Of a DNA stretch of 55,507 nt, positions 1-8,203 are shown in pieces. The stretch lies in NCBI GenBank assembly GCA_965649115.1, contig CBFGJN010000003.1:1-55507 (forward strand), read 5' to 3'. Under the pieces are notes generated by a model. That model was not told where the DNA came from, did no database searches, and saw only the letters and a program-made list of their open reading frames with translations. Each line of letters opens with the position of its first letter. Positions within the stretch are counted from its first letter, which is position 1. The DNA is from a candidate division WOR-3 bacterium (GTDB lineage: Bacteria > Hydrothermota > Hydrothermia > LBFQ01 > DSFT01). A program made the translations under genes and the position numbers.

Positions 1-127
1 GATTTTATAGGGGGTTTTAATGGGAGGCAAAGCCGAAATATGGGTATTTTAAAGGCTCTGCCTTAATTTTAGTGTGGTTGAGCAAAATATAGAAATAACT
101 ATACTTTCCGAATTATTGGACAAAGCA
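1..127 (-). mobile_element. MITE-like repeat, copy A (cut by window edge)
   Basis: Ends AATTATTGGACAAAGCA (111-127); contains AAATATGGGTATTTTAAAGG and hairpin AAGGC-TCT-GCCTT shared with the other copies. Confidence 0.85.
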
Positions 128-149
128 CTAAAACAAAACATTTTTGCTT

Positions 150-155
150 TAAAAT
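150..155 (+). promoter_or_regulatory. -10-like box GCTT-TAAAAT
   Basis: 6 nt before ATG 162; 22 nt from the end of MITE A. Confidence 0.7.
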
Positions 156-161
156 TTAAAA

Positions 162-505
162 ATGACTGACTTAATAAAGCTTTATGAATTATTAAAAGAA
201 AAAATAGGAGAAGAAACTGCCAAACTTCTTGTTGATGCGATATCAAAAATTTATTCTAATGGATATATAAAGAATGAGCAATTTATTGAAGTAATGAGGA
301 CGATAGAAGGTAGGATAAAATCATTTGAGGATATGGTAAAATTTGAATTTTCAAACATGAAGCACAGAAGAATTTCGCTACAAAAGATGATATCAATAGA
401 CTTGAAAAGAGAACTGAAAGAATTGAAAAAATGATTTTAGGGCTTTCAATAACTATTATTTCAAGTATCTTGTTATACTTTCTTTCAAGAATATTTCTAC
501 CATAA
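162..505 (+). pseudogene. Frameshifted small coiled-coil protein with C-terminal TM helix (DUF1640-like architecture)
   Basis: ORF 162-434 continues in the -1 frame (open from 347) as HEAQKNFATKDDINRLEKRTERIEKMILGLSITIISSILLYFLSRIFLP* (TAA 503-505); one added nt near TCAAAC (351-356) restores a 114-aa ORF. Confidence 0.65.
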
Positions 506-540
506 GAGAAGGCTCCGCTCAAAAATTTTCTGAAAATATA

Positions 541-647
541 GATTTATTGGGGGGCTATAAGGGGGACGAAGTTTTTAAGCCGAAGGCTTAATTTTAGGTT
601 GGGCGGGGAAAGATAAGAAATAATCTATATTTCAAAAATATCGACAC
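541..647 (-). mobile_element. MITE-like repeat, degenerate copy B
   Basis: AAGCC-GAA-GGCTT hairpin, AGGTTGGGCGGGG tract, decayed end ...ATATCGACAC running into the next promoter. Confidence 0.7.
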
Positions 648-650
648 CTT

Positions 651-656
651 TAAAAT
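651..656 (+). promoter_or_regulatory. -10-like box CCTT-TAAAAT
   Basis: 7 nt before TTG 664. Confidence 0.65.
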
Positions 657-663
657 TTCAATC

Positions 664-1062
664 TTGAAAAAAATTCTTATTGTTATTTTACTTATTTCTT
701 GCTTAAAAAAGGAAGGAATTGAAATTACAAATGCTTATGGAAGAATTGGAATAAAAGGAGGAACAAGTGCAGTTTTTATGAAAATTAAAAATTATGGACA
801 AATAGATACATTATATGAAGTTTATTGCGATTGTTCTGAAATAAGTGAAATTCATCAAACATTTAAAGAAGGAGATAAAATTAGCATGAAAAAAATTGAT
901 TTTATTGAAATAAGAGATAATTTTGAATTAAAACCACTTTCTTATCACATAATGTTAATAAATTTAAAGAAAGATTTAAAGGAAAACGATACAATTGATA
1001 TAAAATTAAAATTCAAGAAAAATGGAGAAAAACTAATTAAAGTCCCAATTAAAAGGCTTTAA
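664..1062 (+). CDS. Copper chaperone PCu(A)C family lipoprotein
   Basis: Lipobox LLISC; Cu-ligand pattern H-x10-M...HIM; SAVFMKIKN and ELKP..YHIML motifs. Confidence 0.85.
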   Translation: MKKILIVILLISCLKKEGIEITNAYGRIGIKGGTSAVFMKIKNYGQIDTLYEVYCDCSEISEIHQTFKEGDKISMKKIDFIEIRDNFELKPLSYHIMLINLKKDLKENDTIDIKLKFKKNGEKLIKVPIKRL

Positions 1063-1707
1063 ATTATAATTTTCAATTTTATAAATTTTTGCATTTTTAA
1101 CGTAGTTTAATAATTCAAGATTATGTGTTGCCATAATAATTGTCATACCTTGAAAGTTCAAATCAATTAAAATTTTCAAAATTTCAATAGAAGTTGATAA
1201 ATCAAGATTACCAGTAGGTTCATCCGCTATTAAAATTTCAGGTTGTCTTGCTATTGCTCTTGCAATTGCTACTCTTTGCTGTTCACCACCAGATAAATAA
1301 TGTGGATAATCATCTTTTATATTAGTTAATTTTGTAAATTTTAAAGCAAACTCTACCCTATCTTCACATAACTTTTTTGAAAGTCCCATATACCTTAACG
1401 GAAAAATAACATTTTCATAAACTGTTCTATCATTTAAAATTTTATAATCTTGAAAAATAACCCCAATTTTACGTCTTAAATCTTGAATCTCACTAATTTT
1501 CATTTTCTTATGAATTAATTTATCAAATATATAAACTTCACCACTATCAGCAAATTCGTCAAGATATAAATGTTTAAGTAATGTTGTCTTACCTATACCA
1601 CTCTCACCCACAATAAATACAAAATCACCCTTATTAACCTCAAAATTAACATTTTCAAGGACTTTCTTATTTCCATATTTTTTTGATACATTTAAAAGTT
1701 TGATCAT
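1033..1707 (-). CDS. ftsE: FtsE-like ABC ATP-binding protein
   Basis: Walker A GESGIGKTT, LRRKIGVIFQD, LSGGEQQRVAIARA, ADEPTGNLD; no ftsX adjacent. Confidence 0.75.
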   Translation of the reverse strand: MIKLLNVSKKYGNKKVLENVNFEVNKGDFVFIVGESGIGKTTLLKHLYLDEFADSGEVYIFDKLIHKKMKISEIQDLRRKIGVIFQDYKILNDRTVYENVIFPLRYMGLSKKLCEDRVEFALKFTKLTNIKDDYPHYLSGGEQQRVAIARAIARQPEILIADEPTGNLDLSTSIEILKILIDLNFQGMTIIMATHNLELLNYVKNAKIYKIENYNLKPFNWDFN

Positions 1708-2264
1708 AATAATTTCAAAAAGAATTCATGAAGTTTAGTATCAAATGTTATTTCAGGATGAAATGTTATCCCTATAAAATTTCCATCTTTAATACCCACA
1801 ACTTCATCACCTAATTTAGCAATAATTTCACCTTTATTTACTCTTCTAATAATTGGCGCCCTAATAAAAGCAACTTTTGATTTATAACCAAATGAATATT
1901 CAACTTCCGCTATAAAACTTTCTTTTTGTCTTCCATAAGCATTTCTTTCAATTTCAATATCTAAAAAACCATAACCTTTACCCTCTTCATCATTTAAAAT
2001 TTTCTTTGACATTATAATAATACCTGCACATGTTCCAAGTGTGGGCATTTTTTCTTCCTTCCATCTTAAAATCTCATCTTCTAAATAATTATTTTTAATA
2101 ATTTTCCTTAATGTTGTAGATTCACCACCTGGAATAATAAGTCCATGAATATCTTTAAAATCTTCTTTATTTTTAACGAATTTATAAGGGACATCAAGCT
2201 TTTCTAAAATTAATTTATGTTCTTCAAAATCTCCTTGAATTGCCAATATACCAACTTTTTTCAT
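1704..2264 (-). CDS. pdxT: PLP synthase glutaminase subunit
   Basis: GILAIQGDF, IIPGGEST, GTCAG, ERNAYGRQ, FIRAP, TFHPE. Confidence 0.93.
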   Translation of the reverse strand: MKKVGILAIQGDFEEHKLILEKLDVPYKFVKNKEDFKDIHGLIIPGGESTTLRKIIKNNYLEDEILRWKEEKMPTLGTCAGIIIMSKKILNDEEGKGYGFLDIEIERNAYGRQKESFIAEVEYSFGYKSKVAFIRAPIIRRVNKGEIIAKLGDEVVGIKDGNFIGITFHPEITFDTKLHEFFLKLL

Positions 2265-2272
2265 AATCTAAA

Positions 2273-2292
2273 AGCCCCCAAAAATGGGGGCT
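2273..2292 (-). terminator. Intrinsic terminator-like hairpin
   Basis: Perfect 8-bp stem AGCCCCCA/TGGGGGCT, 4-nt loop, short T run on the minus strand, just after the stop at 2298. Confidence 0.7.
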
Positions 2293-2297
2293 AAAAA

Positions 2298-4019
2298 CTA
2301 TTGAACAACAACTTTATAATTTTCTTTATTTATTCTAACAATATAAACACCTCTATTCACATTAAAGATAATATCATTTCCAACTTTTCTATCAATTAGA
2401 GAACCATTCACATTATATAATGAAATAACAGCGCCTTTATCCATAGTCTTAACCTTAATTTGACCTTTCAAAGCAGTTATAGAATAATTAGAACTCTTAG
2501 AAATTTCAGAAACATCAACAACAATTAGAGTATCTTGGAATTGACCATTGCTATAAGATACGCCTTCCTTAGCTAACCAATTATATGAACCAGTAGTGGC
2601 ACCGGCACTTAAAGCATTGCAGTGTATATCAGTTGAACCATCTTGAGGACTTAAATAAGCAATAATAAGTGTATCTTGATTTGTTATTGAAAGATCTCTC
2701 GAGCCTACTCTTGCTGGCCATACGAAATCTTCAAGCTTATTAGGATTATTATTCCAATTTACTTTCCTTAAACCCCAGCTACTTCCACCGTCATTACTAG
2801 CAATATAGAAAATATCTTTTGGGGAATTTGTAGTTCTATTTGTTCCACAACCTGAATTCGTTGAATCAGTCCATTGAACAAAGAGGATAACAATTTTATT
2901 ATCTCCATTTATTGCTAACTTAGGTTGATGAGCAAATGGAAGTTTATCTTGAACACTATTATTAAACCAAGGTGCCCATATCCATTGTTTAATAGGTTTC
3001 GTCCAATCTATATTACCACTAGCAGTTCTTGTATATTTTTGTAGGACTAAAATGTGAGAAACTGTCGTATCATTATATGGAACAGGTGATTCTTGAAGTG
3101 AATAGAGAACATAAACATAATTTGATGTAAATCTGACATCTATATCAAAAAGTGAGCTAAATGTTTTACCTACTATTGTAAATGCATAAAGAGCAAGTGT
3201 ATCAATAAGGTTAGCACTAGCGGGATCTGGATTTGTTGTTCCATCTTTTCTAATTAAGAAATATCCAACTTTGTTTTGGGTAGGACTTCCAGCTGTGTTA
3301 TCAAGACCAACGACATAAACTGAATCACCGCTTATATCAACTGCATATGGTGAAATACCAAAGTTAGTAGTTGGATCTCTAACAGCAATAGGAGAACCTA
3401 TTAAAGCATTACTTATTGCATCATAAAAACCAAGATAAACAGCATATGTACTTGCTGTGAATCCTATAAAAGCAAATGTATCATTACCCACTTTATAACC
3501 TATACTTCTATATGTTCCAAGGTTACCAGTAGCAACGGGTGGGCTACCAACTTTACCTATGGACATATTACCCCAGTTACCACCAACTAATTCTGGCCAT
3601 GAGCAAACGGGTGTTCCATTTGATGTAAAGCCAACAGCACTTGGATACCTACCATTTGAATTTCCATTTATATTACCAGCTGTATTCCAGGTTTGCCCCC
3701 TATTATAACTCCAAGCGGCTCCAACTCTTCCAGAACCGCCAGCGGGATCTACTCTTCTAAAGCAAAAGAGAATGCTATCACCATTAGCAGAAACATAAAC
3801 AGGTTTGTGAAGTGTTGAAAGCAAACCATATTGATTTACTGAACTATCCTTATATATATCAACAAAAGCAAACGTTTGAGCAGGATTCTTGGGATTGTAG
3901 TAGGAAACTCCCCTTTCAACATAGCCATATACTCTATTTAGCTTTGACAGATCAGCTTTTCCAGAAACTTGGGCACCCTTTACAAGTGCCATCTTGCTTA
4001 TCAAAATCAGCTCCATCAT
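2298..4019 (-). CDS. Secreted protein with Asp-box/BNR-like motifs and T9SS-type C-terminal domain
   Basis: SYNRGQTW and SNDGGSSW Asp-box-like motifs; C-terminus ISLYNVNG...RGVYIVRI..YKVVV; SD GGAGG. Confidence 0.65.
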   Translation of the reverse strand: MMELILISKMALVKGAQVSGKADLSKLNRVYGYVERGVSYYNPKNPAQTFAFVDIYKDSSVNQYGLLSTLHKPVYVSANGDSILFCFRRVDPAGGSGRVGAAWSYNRGQTWNTAGNINGNSNGRYPSAVGFTSNGTPVCSWPELVGGNWGNMSIGKVGSPPVATGNLGTYRSIGYKVGNDTFAFIGFTASTYAVYLGFYDAISNALIGSPIAVRDPTTNFGISPYAVDISGDSVYVVGLDNTAGSPTQNKVGYFLIRKDGTTNPDPASANLIDTLALYAFTIVGKTFSSLFDIDVRFTSNYVYVLYSLQESPVPYNDTTVSHILVLQKYTRTASGNIDWTKPIKQWIWAPWFNNSVQDKLPFAHQPKLAINGDNKIVILFVQWTDSTNSGCGTNRTTNSPKDIFYIASNDGGSSWGLRKVNWNNNPNKLEDFVWPARVGSRDLSITNQDTLIIAYLSPQDGSTDIHCNALSAGATTGSYNWLAKEGVSYSNGQFQDTLIVVDVSEISKSSNYSITALKGQIKVKTMDKGAVISLYNVNGSLIDRKVGNDIIFNVNRGVYIVRINKENYKVVVQ

Positions 4020-4034
4020 CCTCCTTACCTCCTT

Positions 4035-4982
4035 TTAAGGTTGTGTAGATAAAAACTCATAAAATTTTGATTTTATAGCACTTTGGTTATTATAAACCCA
4101 ACGTACATCATTTTTTATGTTACTTCCCCAATTATTATATGGCCAAGTTGAATAAACATCATGTAGTAAATTCGTTAAATTATAATAAAGCTCCAATTTA
4201 TATAAAATTCTTGCAAGATTAAAAACATTATCTGAATTTTTAAACCTTTTTACAATCCTTGGATTTAATGAATTTATAGGATTTGTAAAATATGCTAAAT
4301 AACCATATACCATAGCTTGACCAGGATTATCACTCAAATAACCCAAACCTGATGATAGAATAATGATATTCCAAAGCAAACTATCAATATCTTTAAGTGT
4401 AGGATTTGATACAGAATATATAATTGTATCATTTGCTTTTGGTAAATCACTTTGCTTAACATTACTATTTTGATCTAACACATGTGTAAAAGGTATTATA
4501 ATTTTATTTCTATTAAATGCATAAATAGATTTGAGTGAATTATTTAGGAATATGGAAGAAACTTCAAGAATTGGAGTATCAGATATTTGAATATAGTAAT
4601 AACCGAAATAAACACTATCATTTCCAACTTTTTGAGCGGATATTAAAATTGTATCGGGCATAGCGTTTAAAATAATTTTATTTACAACTTTCTTTAATGG
4701 TGGTTCTCCTTGTGCAAAAACTCCAGAGGATGAAAGGGAAAAAGCTTCTTGATATAAGGATAAAGAAGCGGAAGATAAGGCATTTCCATAATAAGCTTCC
4801 CTATCTTTACTATTTATTGAAAGTGCCTCAGAAAATAAATTCCTTGCTTTTGAAAACTCAAAAATTGAATAATTTCTCCAAGCTTCATTCATAATATCAT
4901 CATAGGTAATGGGTGTCTCAGATGGCGTTTTTTTAGCGGAGCAACCTAAAATTAGAAATGAAATAAAGATAAGTCTTTTCAT
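4035..4982 (-). CDS. Lipoprotein with N-terminal TPR-like repeats
   Basis: Lipobox LILGC; AWRNY..ARNLFSEAL..EAYYGNA helical repeat; SD AAGGAGG. Confidence 0.65.
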   Translation of the reverse strand: MKRLIFISFLILGCSAKKTPSETPITYDDIMNEAWRNYSIFEFSKARNLFSEALSINSKDREAYYGNALSSASLSLYQEAFSLSSSGVFAQGEPPLKKVVNKIILNAMPDTILISAQKVGNDSVYFGYYYIQISDTPILEVSSIFLNNSLKSIYAFNRNKIIIPFTHVLDQNSNVKQSDLPKANDTIIYSVSNPTLKDIDSLLWNIIILSSGLGYLSDNPGQAMVYGYLAYFTNPINSLNPRIVKRFKNSDNVFNLARILYKLELYYNLTNLLHDVYSTWPYNNWGSNIKNDVRWVYNNQSAIKSKFYEFLSTQP

Positions 4983-4994
4983 ACCCTAACCTCC

Positions 4995-7202
4995 TTAATT
5001 TATAACTTGCTTAAATCTAAACTTCTCTCCACTATACATAATCTCAAAGACATAAACACCTTTCTTAATAGGAATTTCAATAACATTTAAACCAACACTT
5101 AAATCCCTATCAAAATTATAAATTACTCTACCATTAACATCAAAAATCCTAATTTTAACATTACTATAAGACGGAAGTGTAAGAAGAAGGTTTTTATTCT
5201 CTACTTTGAAAGAAAAGTTATAAATAGGTTTTCCATTGGATACCTTATAATAACCACTACCGTTGAATTTCGCCATTAAATATCCATTTTCATAATAAGT
5301 AGTCAAAGGTTGATTTTCATAATAGATAATCTCATTATTTGAACCTTTTATATAAATATAGCCATCAAACTTAGCGTTGGAGAATATATAAAAACCTTCC
5401 GAAGTTCTCTTAACAATAACTGGATATTCTACATTATCATTATTCTTTATCTTTAAAAGACCATTATAAAGTAAAATAGTAGATTGAGGAGATAAATAAT
5501 CCAATTTTATCGTATCAGATGGATAAGTAGATGGGATATTATCAAATTTATCACGAAGATTAATAACAGAAAATATATAATCACCTTTTTGAACCTTAGA
5601 AAGAAGAATTTTTCCATAATAGACAATATCAGTTACCGTTTCTAATTCATCCAATTCTATTAGAGGCTTATATATTGGATCAGGCGTAGATAATTGAACA
5701 TAAGCTTTTGAACACTTACCAACATCAACGCATAACAAATCATTTGCTAATAGAAAAACTTCAAATGTATTTAATGAAAACTTATTTGGTAGTACAAAGA
5801 AAGAAGAAATTGTAGGAGGGGTTGTATCATTTATTGCGTATCTTATTTCAACTTTTATCTGATCTAAATTTATCATGAATAATCTTTCTCTTCCTCTTCT
5901 TAAACTATCAACTTTAAGTTTCAATGGATTTGTTGAAAGCTCAGAAACAGTTTTTGAAAGCGTATCAATTTTAAAAACTTTTATCTTTGAACTATCTATC
6001 CAATTCCAAACAATAGGTTTATTTGCTCCTGTGATTGCAGTAACAACGAAACCCTCTGCCGCATAAATAGGAAGAGAAAGCCACCTATCATTGTCAGCAC
6101 CACCAACACCTTTAAATATAGGAGATGTCCCTGTCCAAGGATATATCTCCTTATTCTGCAAGAAAGAATTTGAATAATTATATCCATAACCTTTTGAATT
6201 TAATAAATTTTTCAAATGGAACTCAACAATATAACTCTTAATTAAACTATCTGGAAATAAACTATAAAATTTATCGTAATTATCTGTTATCTTATTTTTC
6301 AAAGCACTTGCATCTTTCTCTTCAAGAAAATTAAACCAAAGATATGAAATTTGTGCTTGCGGGTCATCAAGTGTATTTGCCAAGTTAACCTGATTTATGT
6401 AAGGCACCGTAGGATTTATAGCAATGTTATACTTAAAAGTAGCATCAATTTGATCATTTACTACATAAAGCAAGTTTCTTGTATTACCTTGTCTAAAACC
6501 ATAGAACAATGAAGTATCATTTGAAGCTTTGGAGGCTAAGTAATATGCAATTTGAGAACGAGCAAAGTTATCCTCATTAGGTTTATAACTATACAAGACA
6601 TAATTTGTATATAAGAAATATAAAGCTTTCTTTAAGGAGTTTCTATTAAAGGACTTGGTACAATCACCATCAGATGAGCTTTCAGATGTTAAAACACTTG
6701 CACAATTTAGAACAATATATTCATGTCTTGGATATGGTGTACTTAGGGAATAATAAGGATCAAAATAACCAACAACATTATTTGGATTAACTAAACCCAA
6801 AGCATCACTAACATAAAAGCCACCAAGCACAACAAAAATTCTCGGATCATTATCAGAATCAAGAAAATTAGGACTATAACCAAAGTAATTAGTTAAATAG
6901 TTATCAACAGTTGGTTTAATTTGACTAAATAAAGTGTCTATGAGATTCGCTATTTTAACTGCAGTGTCAGGAGGAATAATGTACTTCTTAGGTATTTCCT
7001 GAATATAAACTGTGTCCATTGTAAGAACATAAATATAAGGAGTTTTTAAAATTACACGAGCATAACCACTATCCGAAGCTTCTATATAATCTTTTCTGAA
7101 TGTAAGCGAAAAATATGTAAGTGGAACTTGAACCCTATCACCAACATTAAGCTCAGCACTTGCTATTGAAAAAAATGAAAGAAATATAAAAAGCTTTCTC
7201 AT
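4995..7202 (-). CDS. Secreted metallopeptidase-fold protein lacking HEXXH, with T9SS-type CTD
   Basis: Signal peptide MRKLFIFLSFFSIASA; DSDNDPRIFVVL..VGYFDP..EYIVLN; C-terminus IRIFDVNGR..KGVYVFEI; SD AAGGAGG. Confidence 0.6.
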   Translation of the reverse strand: MRKLFIFLSFFSIASAELNVGDRVQVPLTYFSLTFRKDYIEASDSGYARVILKTPYIYVLTMDTVYIQEIPKKYIIPPDTAVKIANLIDTLFSQIKPTVDNYLTNYFGYSPNFLDSDNDPRIFVVLGGFYVSDALGLVNPNNVVGYFDPYYSLSTPYPRHEYIVLNCASVLTSESSSDGDCTKSFNRNSLKKALYFLYTNYVLYSYKPNEDNFARSQIAYYLASKASNDTSLFYGFRQGNTRNLLYVVNDQIDATFKYNIAINPTVPYINQVNLANTLDDPQAQISYLWFNFLEEKDASALKNKITDNYDKFYSLFPDSLIKSYIVEFHLKNLLNSKGYGYNYSNSFLQNKEIYPWTGTSPIFKGVGGADNDRWLSLPIYAAEGFVVTAITGANKPIVWNWIDSSKIKVFKIDTLSKTVSELSTNPLKLKVDSLRRGRERLFMINLDQIKVEIRYAINDTTPPTISSFFVLPNKFSLNTFEVFLLANDLLCVDVGKCSKAYVQLSTPDPIYKPLIELDELETVTDIVYYGKILLSKVQKGDYIFSVINLRDKFDNIPSTYPSDTIKLDYLSPQSTILLYNGLLKIKNNDNVEYPVIVKRTSEGFYIFSNAKFDGYIYIKGSNNEIIYYENQPLTTYYENGYLMAKFNGSGYYKVSNGKPIYNFSFKVENKNLLLTLPSYSNVKIRIFDVNGRVIYNFDRDLSVGLNVIEIPIKKGVYVFEIMYSGEKFRFKQVIN

Positions 7203-7218
7203 AACTTAAAAACCTCCT

Positions 7219-8193
7219 TCAAAACTTATAATGAATAGCTATCTGATTTATGGGTGGTAAAATACCCTTATTATAAAAACCATAATCTAAACCTATTCTA
7301 CCATAATTAATTCCCAAACCAAAATTTATACCATTTGCTCCATTAACAGCTTCATCAGAATTAACATATAATTTATAACCTGTCCTTATAAAAATTATAT
7401 TCATAAGCGAATATTCTAAACCCACATTATGACTTTCCAAATTATCAGTTGGGTGATTTAATTGATAAGCTAATAAAATTTTTCCATAAGCAGAAGATAA
7501 GATGGAAAGTGATAATCCAAAACTAAATATCGTTGGAAGTCTATAACTTGTATATGTTGAAGTGGTTTCAACAAGACCAGCTTCATAAAGGTACCTTGTA
7601 TATTGACCAGAGGGCTTCATATCAAAACCAAAATTTCTAATACTTGCAGCAATTACTAAATCTCTAAAACCAGTTATGTAATAAGTTCCAACATCAAGTG
7701 CTAAACTATAAGCATTTGAAAATCCTCCAAAACCTTCATATATTATTTTAGAAGATAATCCAAATGAGAACTTGTCAGTTAAAAATTTTGAAAAAGTAAA
7801 TCCAAGCTGAGTAGCAAGATAACTAAAAGTTCCTATGCTATTTATATTACCACTAGGATCTAATTCGTATCCCTCCATTCCACCAACATAAACACCAGAT
7901 GCCCAAAAACCTAAATTGCCTCTTTTGGAAGGAACAACATAAGAAACAGCAAAATTATTAACACCCCAAAAGAAACCTGCTAATCCATAAATTGTTTTTA
8001 AGTTCAAGGTAGATACAATTGCAGGATTTACAAATGGAGAAGTGCTAGATAAACTAACACCAACATCACCCATAGATTCACTTCTAACATCGTAAGGGAG
8101 AGACAAAAACTTTGCACCAGACTGACCAGCTTTTGATATTTGAGCATTTAAAAATCCAAGATAAACAAAAATAAATAAAAATATCCTTTTCAT
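7219..8193 (-). CDS. PorV/PorQ-like (UPF0164-type) outer membrane beta-barrel
   Basis: Signal peptide; KAGQSGAKFLSL..RSESMGD, FVNPA, alternating beta strands, C-terminal YKF. Confidence 0.8.
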   Translation of the reverse strand: MKRIFLFIFVYLGFLNAQISKAGQSGAKFLSLPYDVRSESMGDVGVSLSSTSPFVNPAIVSTLNLKTIYGLAGFFWGVNNFAVSYVVPSKRGNLGFWASGVYVGGMEGYELDPSGNINSIGTFSYLATQLGFTFSKFLTDKFSFGLSSKIIYEGFGGFSNAYSLALDVGTYYITGFRDLVIAASIRNFGFDMKPSGQYTRYLYEAGLVETTSTYTSYRLPTIFSFGLSLSILSSAYGKILLAYQLNHPTDNLESHNVGLEYSLMNIIFIRTGYKLYVNSDEAVNGANGINFGLGINYGRIGLDYGFYNKGILPPINQIAIHYKF

Positions 8194-8203
8194 TACTAAC
8201 CTC

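Noticed and set aside
111-155. TGGACA/TAGACA in the TIR acting as a portable -35 box
   Set aside because: Spacing to the -10 hexamer is 19-27 nt (27 at the common sites), not 16-18.
340-360. Programmed -1 ribosomal frameshift
   Set aside because: No X-XXY-YYZ heptamer lies in frame in the only permitted window (347-356). Kept as pseudogene or assembly error.
49-522. ORFs 49-246 and 283-522 on the minus strand
   Set aside because: They are antisense shadows of the 162-505 gene and MITE A, with no motif or promoter.
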